A stretch of 64,000 bases of DNA from positions 3,159-67,158 of the forward strand of contig CAMOGA010000005.1 in assembly GCA_946613885.1 (NCBI GenBank), written 5' to 3'. This DNA is from an uncultured Pseudomonadota bacterium. Its GTDB lineage: Bacteria > Pseudomonadota > Alphaproteobacteria > Rs-D84. Every line of letters starts with the position of its first letter. Positions within the stretch are counted from its first letter, which is position 1. A program made the position numbers and the translations under genes. A model generated the notes under the pieces. That model had not been told where the DNA came from. It searched no databases and saw only the letters and a program-made list of their open reading frames with translations. Below are positions 1 to 9,750 of this stretch, one piece after another.

Positions 1-309
1 GAACGCGTGTTTAAAGACATGAATCCTGGATCTTTGGTTCGTTATTGTGGGCATTATAATAATGGCAATCAACATCGTCATTCACAAACATATCTGGGAC
101 AGGGGTATAGTGAAAATAATGATTCATTTGTTCCAAGTAAGCGTGGAAAAACGGTGATGGCCGCTGGATATGATGATTTGTTCAAATATTTAGAATCAGA
201 TATCAAAAAATATGCAGAAAATGATGGCAGTGAACATCGTCCGGTTTTAGATAGTATTGTGATTGTTGATATTCCAAAAATAATTGCACATAAAGCGAAA
301 CAGCGTTAA
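1..309 (+). CDS. hypothetical protein, probably the 3' part of a gene starting before the window
   Basis: Frame is open from position 1 (GTG at 7 is only the first possible start). It ends at a stop followed directly by a hairpin terminator. No recognisable motif. Confidence 0.3.
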   Translation, partial: ERVFKDMNPGSLVRYCGHYNNGNQHRHSQTYLGQGYSENNDSFVPSKRGKTVMAAGYDDLFKYLESDIKKYAENDGSEHRPVLDSIVIVDIPKIIAHKAKQR

Positions 310-310
310 G

Positions 311-338
311 AAAAATCGCCCGTTTGGGCGATTTTTTA
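311..338. terminator. bidirectional intrinsic terminator between convergent genes
   Basis: aaaaATCGCCCgtttGGGCGATttttt: 7-bp GC-rich stem, A-run before and T-run after. Confidence 0.7.
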
Positions 339-343
339 TTGTC

Positions 344-1438
344 TTAGAACCGTGTCCCATATATACAATATCTGTAATCTTCTGGGTCTGTTTTTGTCCA
401 GCATTCACCCAATTGTGTTTTGGTTGTTGCAACACCATATTTCATTTGATCCATTGTTAATTGTAATTTACAGCCCGTATGATTTTCGTTTGCATTACTG
501 TTAAGCGGACAATCAATAATTCCCTGTTTTAGTGATGATTTTGCAAATGTTCCACCAGGGCAAAATTGTTTGCGATTCAAATTTTCGCATGGTTGTGGTG
601 TTGTATAATTTGCCGGTAAATAATACCCACGGGGCACGGATATGTTGTCTGGATCTGTTTCGCATTCTGTTTTTGTTCTGTTGGGAACAGTGCCATTGGG
701 ACATTCTTCGTTACCCTGGTCGATTGGTTGTTTTGAATAAGCATTGCCACGGCACACAAAACCGTCAGGACACGCCGCACATTCTTCGGCATTTGCAGGT
801 AAATATGTTCCAGCAACACATTTTATTTTTCCATCACTAGCATTTTCGCATGTGGTGTGCGTGCCATTTGCATGTTGACCGGATGTACAGGTTTTTATTC
901 CTTGGTCGATAGTAATTGATGGATAAACATCTTTTAGTCCAGGACAATAATCAGATGTTCCAGTTTTACATGGAACGCATGTGTCAGAATTTATTGGCAA
1001 ATATTCCCCAGAAACACATGTGATTTTTTTGTAATATAATTTTTTAGGTCCTGCCACTGTATAACATTGTTCAATTGATGTTGAACCGCCTGCCGAGTTT
1101 GGAAATTGTTCTGGACAACGAAATACCTGTGCTTTATCATTTCTGCCACATTCTTGATATTCATTATAGTATTTATTGCTCTTTTTTGGTTTGTCGCATT
1201 GGTTAATTTTATGCGCACACCAATCTGCAAGTTGAGAACTTGAAATTTCATCTTCTATATCTAATTGCATTCTGTTACCGCTGATATACGGACAATAACA
1301 TCCTGCGGGACAATTACTGCAGTTTTTGGTCATAAAAAATTCGCCATAGTCACAATGTTCTGATTTGGCAAATGCGCCATATTCCGGCAATAATCCGACA
1401 CATAATGCAATAACAAAAAAACCGAAATTTGGTTTCAT
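344..1438 (-). CDS. secreted cysteine-rich repeat protein (ephrin-receptor-like/furin-like Cys repeats)
   Basis: N-terminal signal peptide (MKPNFGFFVIALCVGLLPEYGAFA). Many Cys residues in recurring C..G.Y(L)P....C..CP.G..C spacing, e.g. CVAGTYLPANAEECAACPDGFVC and CVSGEYLPINSDTCVPCKTG. Confidence 0.6.
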   Translation of the reverse strand: MKPNFGFFVIALCVGLLPEYGAFAKSEHCDYGEFFMTKNCSNCPAGCYCPYISGNRMQLDIEDEISSSQLADWCAHKINQCDKPKKSNKYYNEYQECGRNDKAQVFRCPEQFPNSAGGSTSIEQCYTVAGPKKLYYKKITCVSGEYLPINSDTCVPCKTGTSDYCPGLKDVYPSITIDQGIKTCTSGQHANGTHTTCENASDGKIKCVAGTYLPANAEECAACPDGFVCRGNAYSKQPIDQGNEECPNGTVPNRTKTECETDPDNISVPRGYYLPANYTTPQPCENLNRKQFCPGGTFAKSSLKQGIIDCPLNSNANENHTGCKLQLTMDQMKYGVATTKTQLGECWTKTDPEDYRYCIYGTRF

Positions 1439-1611
1439 AGATTAAAAATTCCCTTTCCTGTGATACGATAATTATAATATTTTTGGCATAACCGTGCAAG
1501 GCAAAAATAGGGGATAAAGAATATTTTATTTAATGTAATTGAAATTCTGCTTGATTTTTCATAAAATATAACATAAAATGCACCCAGTAAATTAAAACAA
1601 AGGCAATAAAA

Positions 1612-1791
1612 ATGGCATCTAAAAAAGGCAGCAAAGAAGTTGTAAAACTGGAAAACAAAGAAACCGGTTTTTATTATACAACCACGAAAAATACAAAATC
1701 TGAAAACACTCAGGGTAAAATGAAGTTTCGCAAATACGATCCAAAATTGCGCAAGCATGTCGTATTTACAGAGGCAAAAATGTCCCACTAA
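1612..1791 (+). CDS. rpmG: 50S ribosomal protein L33
   Basis: 59-aa ORF below the ORF-track cutoff: MASKKGSKEVVKLENKETGFYYTTTKNTKSENTQGKMKFRKYDPKLRKHVVFTEAKMSH. It shows the classic L33 pattern (G.FY.T.KN...KYDP..RKHV.F.E.K) and is followed by a terminator. Confidence 0.9.
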   Translation: MASKKGSKEVVKLENKETGFYYTTTKNTKSENTQGKMKFRKYDPKLRKHVVFTEAKMSH

Positions 1792-1813
1792 TGGTGTGAA
1801 TTTTATAAAAATT

Positions 1814-1837
1814 AACCCGCGTTTTGCGGGTTTTTTC
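1814..1837 (+). terminator. intrinsic terminator of rpmG
   Basis: CCCGCgttttGCGGG followed by tttttt. Confidence 0.7.
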
Positions 1838-1866
1838 TTGTAATAAATAGTAGTTGTTATTGTTTT

Positions 1867-2118
1867 TTATTTAGTACGTTTTTTTAATTGGGCAATAATT
1901 TTGTTTTTTAAATTTCCGACAGTGTTATATTTGCCGTAATCTGATTCTGGCAGGCGGACATGAAATTTGTGTTCTAGTGTGTACAATGTATCAACACAAT
2001 CAAAATAAGATAAGTTAGAATTTGACATAAAACCTGTGTTGTTGTTTATATCTTTTACCTGAATACCACATTCTTTAGCGATGATTTTCTTTATTTTTTG
2101 TGAAATATTTCTGTCCAT
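1867..2118 (-). CDS. acyl carrier protein-like small protein (divergent)
   Basis: Aligns by eye along its length with ACP (IKKIIAKECGI..DINNNTGF......D.V.....LE.KF.V.LPE). The canonical DSL phosphopantetheine site reads NLSYFD, so the Ser is offset by one position. Confidence 0.45.
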   Translation of the reverse strand: MDRNISQKIKKIIAKECGIQVKDINNNTGFMSNSNLSYFDCVDTLYTLEHKFHVRLPESDYGKYNTVGNLKNKIIAQLKKRTK

Positions 2119-2224
2119 TTAAACCCCCATTTGTAAAATGTGTTCGTATTAATCTGACAGGCATAATATTACCTATTATGCCTGTTGTCAAATATTTTTT
2201 TTGGAAATTTTTTATTTTTGTTTG

Positions 2225-4462
2225 TTATTTACCGAATTTACCACTGCGTGGAAACCCGACAGGAATCGTATGACCCTGGGATGCACGTTTTGCACGCCAT
2301 GGTGTAATATCGTCCAGTTTTGTTGTTCCGCGACCAGTTGTCCAACCAAAACCGTCTGCCATATTAAAGAACATTGCATCGATTGTATAAGTGCGTTCGG
2401 CATTATATTTCTGCAAAATTACACCCTTGCCACGGGACATTTCTGGAATTTGGTTGGTTTCGAATATCAACAATTTATCGTTAGAACCAGACAGAGCAAC
2501 CATATCGCCAGTCACAGGAACACATAATACCGCCGGATTTTTATCGTCAACGTTCATAATCTGTTTCCCGTTTTTGGTTTGGGCGACACAATTTTCACCG
2601 TTAACAATGAATCCTGTACCGTGACGACCGATGACCAGATATTTTGCATTTGTATCCAATACAAATGCGCGAACAATGTTTTCTTCGGCACCGATGTCCG
2701 CCATCATACGGACAGATTCCCCAAACCCACGCGCAGATGGCAAATCGTTCGCAGCCAATGTGAACATTTTTCCGTTTGATGTGAACAGATTGATTTTGTC
2801 GGTCGTTTGTGCGTGGAACGCAAATTGTAATTCATCACCTTCTTTGAATTTCATATCCAGATTATTTAAATCCAGATGCCCGCGCGCCGCACGTATCCAG
2901 CCCATATTAGATAATATAACGGTAATTGGTTCGCGTTCGATAAAATCATCTGCGTTAACAACGATTTCTTCGCCAACTGGTATCCACTGAGTGCGACGAC
3001 GACCCAACGCAGTTGTTTTTGCATATTGTTTTTTTATGTCATCAAACCATGCATGCAATTGTGCGTTTTGGATTTCATCGCTGTTTAATAAATTTTGCAA
3101 TTTTTCACGTTCTGCACGTAATTCAGCATCTTCGCGTTTAATTTCCATTTCTTCCAATTTGCGCAGTGAACGCAGGCGGGTGTTTAATATAGATTCAACC
3201 TGAACCTCAGTCAATTGGAATTCAGCCATTAATACAGATTTCGGATCATCTTCGTTTCTTATAATTTCGATAACTCTGTCTAAATTTAAATAAACAATTA
3301 ATAATCCATCCAATATTTCCAAACGTCTGTCAATATTACCCAAACGCCATTTTGTGCGGCGCAATAAAACATTTTTTTGATGTGCAACAAATTCACGCAA
3401 CACATCGCCAATAGGCATAACACGTGGCGCACCATTTGAATCTACAACGTTAAAATTCATGTTGAATTTATATTCTAAATCAGTCATCGCAAATAAATGC
3501 GCCATCATTTTATCAATGGGGATATTTCTGTTCTTAGGCGTAATTACAATGCGCACATCTGTTGTTGATTCATCGACAATATCTTCGACCAATGGTAATT
3601 TTTTCGCGTCAATTAAATCTGCAATTTGTTCCACCAGTTTTGATTTTATAATACCGTATGGAATTTCAGTAATTACAACCTGTTCGGCACCGCGTTCTAA
3701 TTTTTCGGTTTCCCATTTTGCGCGAATACGAAATGCACCACGTCCAGTGTCATAGTTTTTACAAATCGTATCAAAATCATCAATTAATATGCCACCAGTT
3801 GGAAAATCAGGACCTATTAATTTTTTCATAATTTGCGGGGTTGTAGATTCTGGTTTATCAACAATCAAATTCAACGCATCCATAATTTCAGATACATTGT
3901 GTGTTGGGATGTTTGTTGCCATACCAACCGCAATTCCCATACCGCCGTTTGCCAACAAATTTGGAAATGCACCCGGCATCACAGTTGGTTCAACAGTTGT
4001 GCCGTCAAAATTTGGCATCATATCAACACTGTCTTCATCAATGCCTTCCATAATAGACATTGCCGCCGCAGTCATTTTAGATTCAGTATAACGATATGCC
4101 GCCTGGGGATCGCCATCGATGTTTCCAAAATTACCCTGGCCATCAATTAATGGATAACGAACAGAAAAATCTTGGGCCAGACGCACCATTGCATCATAAA
4201 CAGAAGAATCCCCATGGGGATGATAATGACCCAATACATCACCAACCACAGTTGCACATTTACGAAATGCAGCGTTTGGGGATAATTTTTGGCGCAACAT
4301 AGAATATAAAATACGACGATGAACCGGTTTTAATCCATCGCGAACATCGGGCAGGGCACGTGCCACAATGGTTGAAACCGCATAGGATAAATAACGTTCA
4401 GACAATGCGTCTGATAATTGTTGACCAGATATATTTTCGACTGTGTTTTCGGTTTTTCTCAT
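2225..4462 (-). CDS. parC: DNA topoisomerase IV subunit A (type IIA topoisomerase A subunit)
   Basis: [24 protein letters not shown] and AAMRYTE-like motifs. At ~745 aa the size fits ParC better than GyrA. Start moved to MRKTEN (internal ATG at 4462), because the longer ORF adds a non-homologous leader. Confidence 0.8.
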   Translation of the reverse strand: MRKTENTVENISGQQLSDALSERYLSYAVSTIVARALPDVRDGLKPVHRRILYSMLRQKLSPNAAFRKCATVVGDVLGHYHPHGDSSVYDAMVRLAQDFSVRYPLIDGQGNFGNIDGDPQAAYRYTESKMTAAAMSIMEGIDEDSVDMMPNFDGTTVEPTVMPGAFPNLLANGGMGIAVGMATNIPTHNVSEIMDALNLIVDKPESTTPQIMKKLIGPDFPTGGILIDDFDTICKNYDTGRGAFRIRAKWETEKLERGAEQVVITEIPYGIIKSKLVEQIADLIDAKKLPLVEDIVDESTTDVRIVITPKNRNIPIDKMMAHLFAMTDLEYKFNMNFNVVDSNGAPRVMPIGDVLREFVAHQKNVLLRRTKWRLGNIDRRLEILDGLLIVYLNLDRVIEIIRNEDDPKSVLMAEFQLTEVQVESILNTRLRSLRKLEEMEIKREDAELRAEREKLQNLLNSDEIQNAQLHAWFDDIKKQYAKTTALGRRRTQWIPVGEEIVVNADDFIEREPITVILSNMGWIRAARGHLDLNNLDMKFKEGDELQFAFHAQTTDKINLFTSNGKMFTLAANDLPSARGFGESVRMMADIGAEENIVRAFVLDTNAKYLVIGRHGTGFIVNGENCVAQTKNGKQIMNVDDKNPAVLCVPVTGDMVALSGSNDKLLIFETNQIPEMSRGKGVILQKYNAERTYTIDAMFFNMADGFGWTTGRGTTKLDDITPWRAKRASQGHTIPVGFPRSGKFGK

Positions 4463-4680
4463 AATATTTCCCACTTTTATCAGCCACAGGTTAAAACATT
4501 TAAAAAAATAAAACAAGAAAAAACAGTGAAAATATTATGGTTGTTTTTATTGTGAAACAGGTTGTTTTTGGGAATGATATGCGGCATTCATAACTTTTTC
4601 CAAAATAATTCTGTCTGATTCAGGTAAATCGCTAAAATTGTCACTTGTGAATTATATCATAAAATTTATATGTTTTGAAT

Positions 4681-4710
4681 AAAAAACACCGACATGTGTC
4701 GGTGTTTTTT
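4681..4710. terminator. bidirectional intrinsic terminator downstream of rpsU
   Basis: aaaaaaCACCGACAtgTGTCGGTGtttttt. Confidence 0.7.
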
Positions 4711-4716
4711 GAATTG

Positions 4717-4923
4717 TTAGAAACCAAATACCATACGTTGTTTGGATTGGCGTTTCTTTTCGTTACGGACCGCTTCTTCCTTTAAACGTTTACGTTTAGT
4801 TGTCGGTTTTTCGTAACGTTGACGTTCCTTCATTTCGCGATACAGACCTTCTTTCTGTGATTTACGTTTTGCAACACGCAGAGCCTGTTCAACGTTGTTA
4901 TCACGAACCAAAACTTTTACCAT
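4717..4923 (-). CDS. rpsU: 30S ribosomal protein S21
   Basis: [21 protein letters not shown]...[10 protein letters not shown] is typical S21. Start set at MVKV. Confidence 0.9.
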   Translation of the reverse strand: MVKVLVRDNNVEQALRVAKRKSQKEGLYREMKERQRYEKPTTKRKRLKEEAVRNEKKRQSKQRMVFGF

Positions 4924-5031
4924 ATTTTTATTCACCCCCTTTGGCGAATTTGTATTTTTTTGTTAATGTTATCGGGTATTGTATAATATAAAATTTCAAA
5001 AAACAAGGATTTTTTATCGTTGCCTTATGTT

Positions 5032-6327
5032 TTATTTACATATTGCAGTATATGGATATATTGATTTTTCTGTGTCTATTTCCCCATCACCACAATCCAT
5101 ACAATTAAACATGCGGTTTTGGCTGTGGTTAGTGTCTAAATCAATTGTTATGCCGTTCAGTTCCGGTATCCCATCAATGCGAGATTTTGGAGAAAAACCG
5201 AAATATATTCCACGAACAGGTCCACTGCATTCGGATATGTCATTGTTATAACATGCCGCGTTATTTAATTTATCGACATCGGGTATACAATACGTTTCAC
5301 ATGTTTCTTCATCTACAAATAATTTTTCACAATCGGTACAAGATATTGAACGAACCCTTAATGTTGCACCAATACCACCCTGAATCGGGGTTGTGCGGGC
5401 GATATTATCACATTTCTTTTTAGTTTTTTTCGCATTTGGGTCGGCAATACATTCCCATTTTAATTCATTGTAATCCAGGCGCGCAACCATTCCCTGGGGA
5501 CATGTTTTGTCGGCAAACGGATCAACACATTCCCACATGTCATCAATCAATACAGCCGTTTGATTGTTTGAACACAGTGGTTGACGTGTGTCATCTGCCA
5601 CGCATTGCATAGATACTTCGTCCCAAATGGTGTCGCCAGTACAAGACATTTTATAATTATATTGGATACATTGCCATCGACCAAACCGAAATGTTTTTAT
5701 TGTATCTGGTGGACAGATAATATTACTGTCGTCAACAGTAGGATAATCAATGGTGGTTTCTGGTATCTTGTATTGCATGATGTATGTTAATTGGCCATCC
5801 GTTAAATTTGCCGCTTTTACGATTTTTGCTGGTATGGTGCGATGAGATACAGACCCAGCGGACATTAAACTGGAATCAGTAAATATGCCAAATGTTCCAG
5901 CATCAGGGTAATATTTTTCCAGTATTTCCAACATATTATTATATTCTGTTTCTGGCAGAGCCGAACTGGTTGTAATAATGAAATTAAATATCGGCGTTTT
6001 TCCAGATGTTGCATCACATGATACGATATTGTAAGATTTATTCATACATACGTATTGGCTGGTTATGTCATAGCGTTCAACACAATCATCAATGAATTCT
6101 TGGCCATACATCGATGCGTTTTGTGCAGATACCACACATTCGGCAATAGAACGTAAATCTGCCCGTTTTATGGCGTATTCTGTTTCATGTTGGATAATTC
6201 GCGTGGATGGACTGGACATCATGTAATATCCTGCCATAATTATTAAAGATAAAAGAATTAAAAAAATATTCACGAATTCTCTCTTGCGATTTATAAAAAG
6301 TGTAGCTAAAATTGCATCAGAGTTCAA
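5032..6327 (-). CDS. membrane-anchored cysteine-rich hypothetical protein
   Basis: N-terminal TM helix (FVNIFLILLSLIIMAGYYMM). The C-terminal half is rich in Cys with recurring W(E/Q)C motifs (RWQCIQ, MWECVDP, KWECIADP). No family recognised. Confidence 0.5.
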   Translation of the reverse strand: MNSDAILATLFINRKREFVNIFLILLSLIIMAGYYMMSSPSTRIIQHETEYAIKRADLRSIAECVVSAQNASMYGQEFIDDCVERYDITSQYVCMNKSYNIVSCDATSGKTPIFNFIITTSSALPETEYNNMLEILEKYYPDAGTFGIFTDSSLMSAGSVSHRTIPAKIVKAANLTDGQLTYIMQYKIPETTIDYPTVDDSNIICPPDTIKTFRFGRWQCIQYNYKMSCTGDTIWDEVSMQCVADDTRQPLCSNNQTAVLIDDMWECVDPFADKTCPQGMVARLDYNELKWECIADPNAKKTKKKCDNIARTTPIQGGIGATLRVRSISCTDCEKLFVDEETCETYCIPDVDKLNNAACYNNDISECSGPVRGIYFGFSPKSRIDGIPELNGITIDLDTNHSQNRMFNCMDCGDGEIDTEKSIYPYTAICK

Positions 6328-6339
6328 CAGGAAAAAGAC

Positions 6340-6798
6340 ATGAAAAAATTATTTTTATTATTATTTTTATCAGCATGCAGTTTTAAACCGATTTTTTCCG
6401 GTGATTCAACCGATATTTATGTCGGACCAATCAGTGGTATTAATGGTATTGAACTGCGAAATTCGTTAAATGCAAAATTTGGTGGGATTCATGATGAAAA
6501 CGCAAAATATTCTTTGTCTGTGAATTTAAAAGACCCTGTGACCAAATACAAGGCATTGGAACGTGCAGGTGATGCCGTTTGGCAAGAGGTTAGATTAGAC
6601 GCATCTTATGTGTTAAAACAGGGGGATAAGCAAATTGCATCTGGGGCTGAATCTGCATCGGAAAGTTATACTTTTGTTCGTTATCTGGTCGCGTCAAATG
6701 CATCATATAATAATGCAGTTATGAACACTATACATCAATTGGCTGAAAAAATCGGAATACGCACCATTACTGAAATTCGAAAAGTGGAAAATCAATAA
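6340..6798 (+). CDS. lptE: LPS-assembly lipoprotein LptE
   Basis: Lipobox (LFLSAC), ~150 aa, and stop overlaps the holA start. This is the conserved lptE-holA arrangement. Confidence 0.65.
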   Translation: MKKLFLLLFLSACSFKPIFSGDSTDIYVGPISGINGIELRNSLNAKFGGIHDENAKYSLSVNLKDPVTKYKALERAGDAVWQEVRLDASYVLKQGDKQIASGAESASESYTFVRYLVASNASYNNAVMNTIHQLAEKIGIRTITEIRKVENQ

Positions 6799-7787
6799 TG
6801 AAATGGAAAGAATCTGATTTTAATTCTGGAATATCAAATATCAATGCTGTGTTGATATATGGACCGGATGCAGGTTTGGTTGATGAATTATGTGATAATG
6901 CGGTTGCTAAATTAGAAATTGATAAAGATAATTTGTTTGTGTTAGATGCAAATGAATTGCGTGAAAAACAAGATGCAGTTTTTGCAGAAAGTTGTTCGCC
7001 TTCAATGTTTGGTGGACGCAAGGCGGTTATAATTTCTGGGGCTGGTGATGGTGATACGAAAATTATATCTGAATTAGTGTTATCAACATCGTTGTGCGCA
7101 ACCATAATAGTGACAGCCGGTGATTTGCGTGTTGGTTCGTTACGCAAGTTGTTTGAAGATGGTGAAAATGTTGCGGCAATTGCATGTTATACCGATGATT
7201 CAAAAACATTAGAGGCATTAATTCATAAAGAATTATCAGCGCAAAATGGTATCAGACAGGTCACACCAGATGCTATGTCGTATATGTTATCACATATGGG
7301 GGGCGATAGGGGAATTACGCGCAGTTTTTTACAAAAAATTGCAATATATGTTTCTGATAAACATGTTGTTGATTTGGAAGATGTGGAAAAGTGTCTGCCG
7401 GATACATCGGCAACCAGTGCAGATGATTATATGTATTCATTAACAGCAGGACATATAAATCAAACGATGGTTGCGCTGGACAGGTTAATTTACAGTGGTG
7501 CAGATGCGAATATGTTGGTTCGTATGTTGTATAATCATTTTTCAAAATTATTAACAGCGGTGGTTGATGGTCAATTGCCACGTATGTTGTTTTGGAAGGT
7601 TGCTGATAAGTTTCGTGTTGCTATGAAAATATGGTCAGAGGATGAGATTGTTAATGTTTTATCTAAATTAAACGATTTAGAAAAATTATGCAGAACTAGC
7701 GGTATGCAACCAGAAATTTTAATTCGTGATTTTTCGTTGAAATTATCTGTGCGTGCCGCAAAATTGGCTTTAAAACGAAGGAAGTAA
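6798..7787 (+). CDS. holA: DNA polymerase III subunit delta
   Basis: Size, the N-terminal VLIYGPDAGLVDE pattern, and position after lptE. Confidence 0.75.
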   Translation: MKWKESDFNSGISNINAVLIYGPDAGLVDELCDNAVAKLEIDKDNLFVLDANELREKQDAVFAESCSPSMFGGRKAVIISGAGDGDTKIISELVLSTSLCATIIVTAGDLRVGSLRKLFEDGENVAAIACYTDDSKTLEALIHKELSAQNGIRQVTPDAMSYMLSHMGGDRGITRSFLQKIAIYVSDKHVVDLEDVEKCLPDTSATSADDYMYSLTAGHINQTMVALDRLIYSGADANMLVRMLYNHFSKLLTAVVDGQLPRMLFWKVADKFRVAMKIWSEDEIVNVLSKLNDLEKLCRTSGMQPEILIRDFSLKLSVRAAKLALKRRK

Positions 7788-7789
7788 AA

Positions 7790-8560
7790 ATGTTGTCGTC
7801 TGTTTATGCGCCAAAAGATTTTAAAAGATTACGTGTATCTGGTGATTTGGTGGCACGTTGCTTTGATTACATAACACCGTATATCGTTGCAGGAATTTCT
7901 ACCGGTGAAATCGATAGATTGGTTGCGGGATTTTTAAAAGAAAATGGTGCAAGGTCATCTGATTTGGGGTATATGGGGTATCCTAAGAGTATATGCACAT
8001 CAATAAATGATGTTGTTTGTCATGGAATACCTGATGATAATGTAATTTTAAAAGATGGTGATATTGTTAATATCGATTTAACGGCTGAATATCATGGTTT
8101 CCATGGTGATGCATCACGTATGTTTATGATTGGTAATGTTTCAAATCAGGCACGTAAGTTAGTTCAAACGTGTCAAGATGCATTAAATGCGGCTATTTCA
8201 ATTTGTGCACCGGGCGTTCCGTTGTCCGAGATTGGAAAAACAATTGAATCTGTGGTTAAACCACATGGTTTTTCAATTGTGGAAGATTTTTGTGGGCATG
8301 GTATTGGTAAAGTAATGCATGATAATCCAAATATTTTACATTTTTATGATAAAGCATATGATAAATTGATTATGCAACCTGGGTTTGTGTTTACAATTGA
8401 ACCGATGATAAATACAGGAACGCATCGATGTGAAATTGATAAAGACGATGGTTGGACTGTGCGCACGTTGGATGGCGGGTTGTCTGCGCAGTGGGAACAT
8501 ACTTTGGGTATTACAGAAGACGGTGTGATTATATTTACAGAAAAATTGCCCCATGATTAA
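7790..8560 (+). CDS. map: type I methionine aminopeptidase
   Basis: Metal-ligand pattern VCHGIP, D.V.ID, FHGD, GHGIG, FTIEP, QWEHT. Confidence 0.92.
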   Translation: MLSSVYAPKDFKRLRVSGDLVARCFDYITPYIVAGISTGEIDRLVAGFLKENGARSSDLGYMGYPKSICTSINDVVCHGIPDDNVILKDGDIVNIDLTAEYHGFHGDASRMFMIGNVSNQARKLVQTCQDALNAAISICAPGVPLSEIGKTIESVVKPHGFSIVEDFCGHGIGKVMHDNPNILHFYDKAYDKLIMQPGFVFTIEPMINTGTHRCEIDKDDGWTVRTLDGGLSAQWEHTLGITEDGVIIFTEKLPHD

Positions 8561-9236
8561 AAAAGAAGAATATCAATCTTTGCAACATGGTCATCGCGCC
8601 AGATTAAGAGAAAAGTTTCTGGCAGGGCAATTGACGGAATATGAATTGTTGGAATTGTTATTAACCTATGCTATCCCCAGACGTGATGTGCGTGCTTTGG
8701 CACGTCAGTTATATAAAAAATATAGAAATATTCAACAGTTGTTGTCTTTGCCTGTGGCAGAATTAATGACAAATCCTGGAATAAAAGAAAATACAGCAAC
8801 GTTTTTAAAACTGGTACACGAAATCACAACTTTGGAATATAAATATGTGTTTGGAAACGAACCAATATTTTATGATTTTGCAAAATTGGAAAATTATTGC
8901 AAAGTGTTATTAGGTAATAAAACAGTTGAAGAATTTCACGTGTTTTATCTGGATAAAAAATTGGCGTTAATATTAGATGATTTACATAGTTCAGGAACCA
9001 TTGATTGGGCGGCAGTGTATGTTCGTGAAATTGTTAAAAAAGCATTAGATTTAAATGCGTATAGTGTTTTGTTAGTACACAATCATCCATCTGGTATCAC
9101 AGGTTTTTCAACAGCCGATATTCAAATGACTGAGGAATTAGAAAATGCTTTGAAACAATTAGGCATAGAATTATATGATCATTTATTGGTGTCTGGAAAT
9201 GTTTTATATTCGGCACGTAATTCACATTTGATATAA
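8553..9236 (+). CDS. radC: RadC-family JAB-domain protein
   Basis: N-terminal HhH-like region and the C-terminal JAMM motif VHNHPSG. Confidence 0.85.
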   Translation: MIKKEEYQSLQHGHRARLREKFLAGQLTEYELLELLLTYAIPRRDVRALARQLYKKYRNIQQLLSLPVAELMTNPGIKENTATFLKLVHEITTLEYKYVFGNEPIFYDFAKLENYCKVLLGNKTVEEFHVFYLDKKLALILDDLHSSGTIDWAAVYVREIVKKALDLNAYSVLLVHNHPSGITGFSTADIQMTEELENALKQLGIELYDHLLVSGNVLYSARNSHLI

Positions 9237-9264
9237 ACGCGTGATTCCAAAAAAGTATAATATT

Positions 9265-9747
9265 TTATTGTTCTGTATCATCTGATGTTGTTTCGATATC
9301 ATATTTTGCACCAGAATCAACCACTTCAAAAGATTCGTATAATAAACCGTTGTCGTATTTTGAAAAATGTTTGTTGCGTGTGTCTAGTAATTCCTGGATT
9401 GATGATAAAGATACCTGTTTTGTATCGCATTGACGGGCAAATAAATCATCGCCGTATACCACATTTACAATCGGTTTAACAAAACTTAATACCGCAAAAA
9501 TTAAAATAATTGTTTTTGCGTTATTAAATAATGTATTTATTTTTACACCATTTTTTATGTATAGAAAAGCCCAACCCGCCAACATAAATATGGTTAAAAA
9601 TACAATAACAATCCATGCAAAATGTAATATTGTATCAAATGCAGGAAATATACAGGATGGATCTTCAAAATATATATTTTCAGAATCCATACCGAATACT
9701 TTGATTCCGGAATTAGTTAATAAATTTATTATTGTTGTTTTATCCAT
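9265..9747 (-). CDS. hypothetical membrane protein
   Basis: Two predicted TM helices (HFAWIVIVFLTIFMLAGWAFLYI; TIILIFAVLSFV). Immediately downstream of the acidic protein gene on the same strand. Confidence 0.5.
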   Translation of the reverse strand: MDKTTIINLLTNSGIKVFGMDSENIYFEDPSCIFPAFDTILHFAWIVIVFLTIFMLAGWAFLYIKNGVKINTLFNNAKTIILIFAVLSFVKPIVNVVYGDDLFARQCDTKQVSLSSIQELLDTRNKHFSKYDNGLLYESFEVVDSGAKYDIETTSDDTEQ

Positions 9748-9750
9748 TGT

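Noticed and set aside
2157-2185. 11-bp perfect hairpin (ACAGGCATAAT attacct ATTATGCCTGT) downstream of parC as an intrinsic terminator
   Set aside because: There is no U-tract directly after the stem on the parC (minus) strand. On the + strand the T-run is ~10 nt away and no + strand gene precedes it. It may still be a regulatory or processing hairpin.
2201-4302. Many 60-120-aa ORFs antisense to parC, and similar antisense ORFs within gap, priA, bamA, ligA, rne, lon and others
   Set aside because: They lie entirely within, and opposite to, strongly supported conserved genes. They have low-complexity or biased composition and no RBS.
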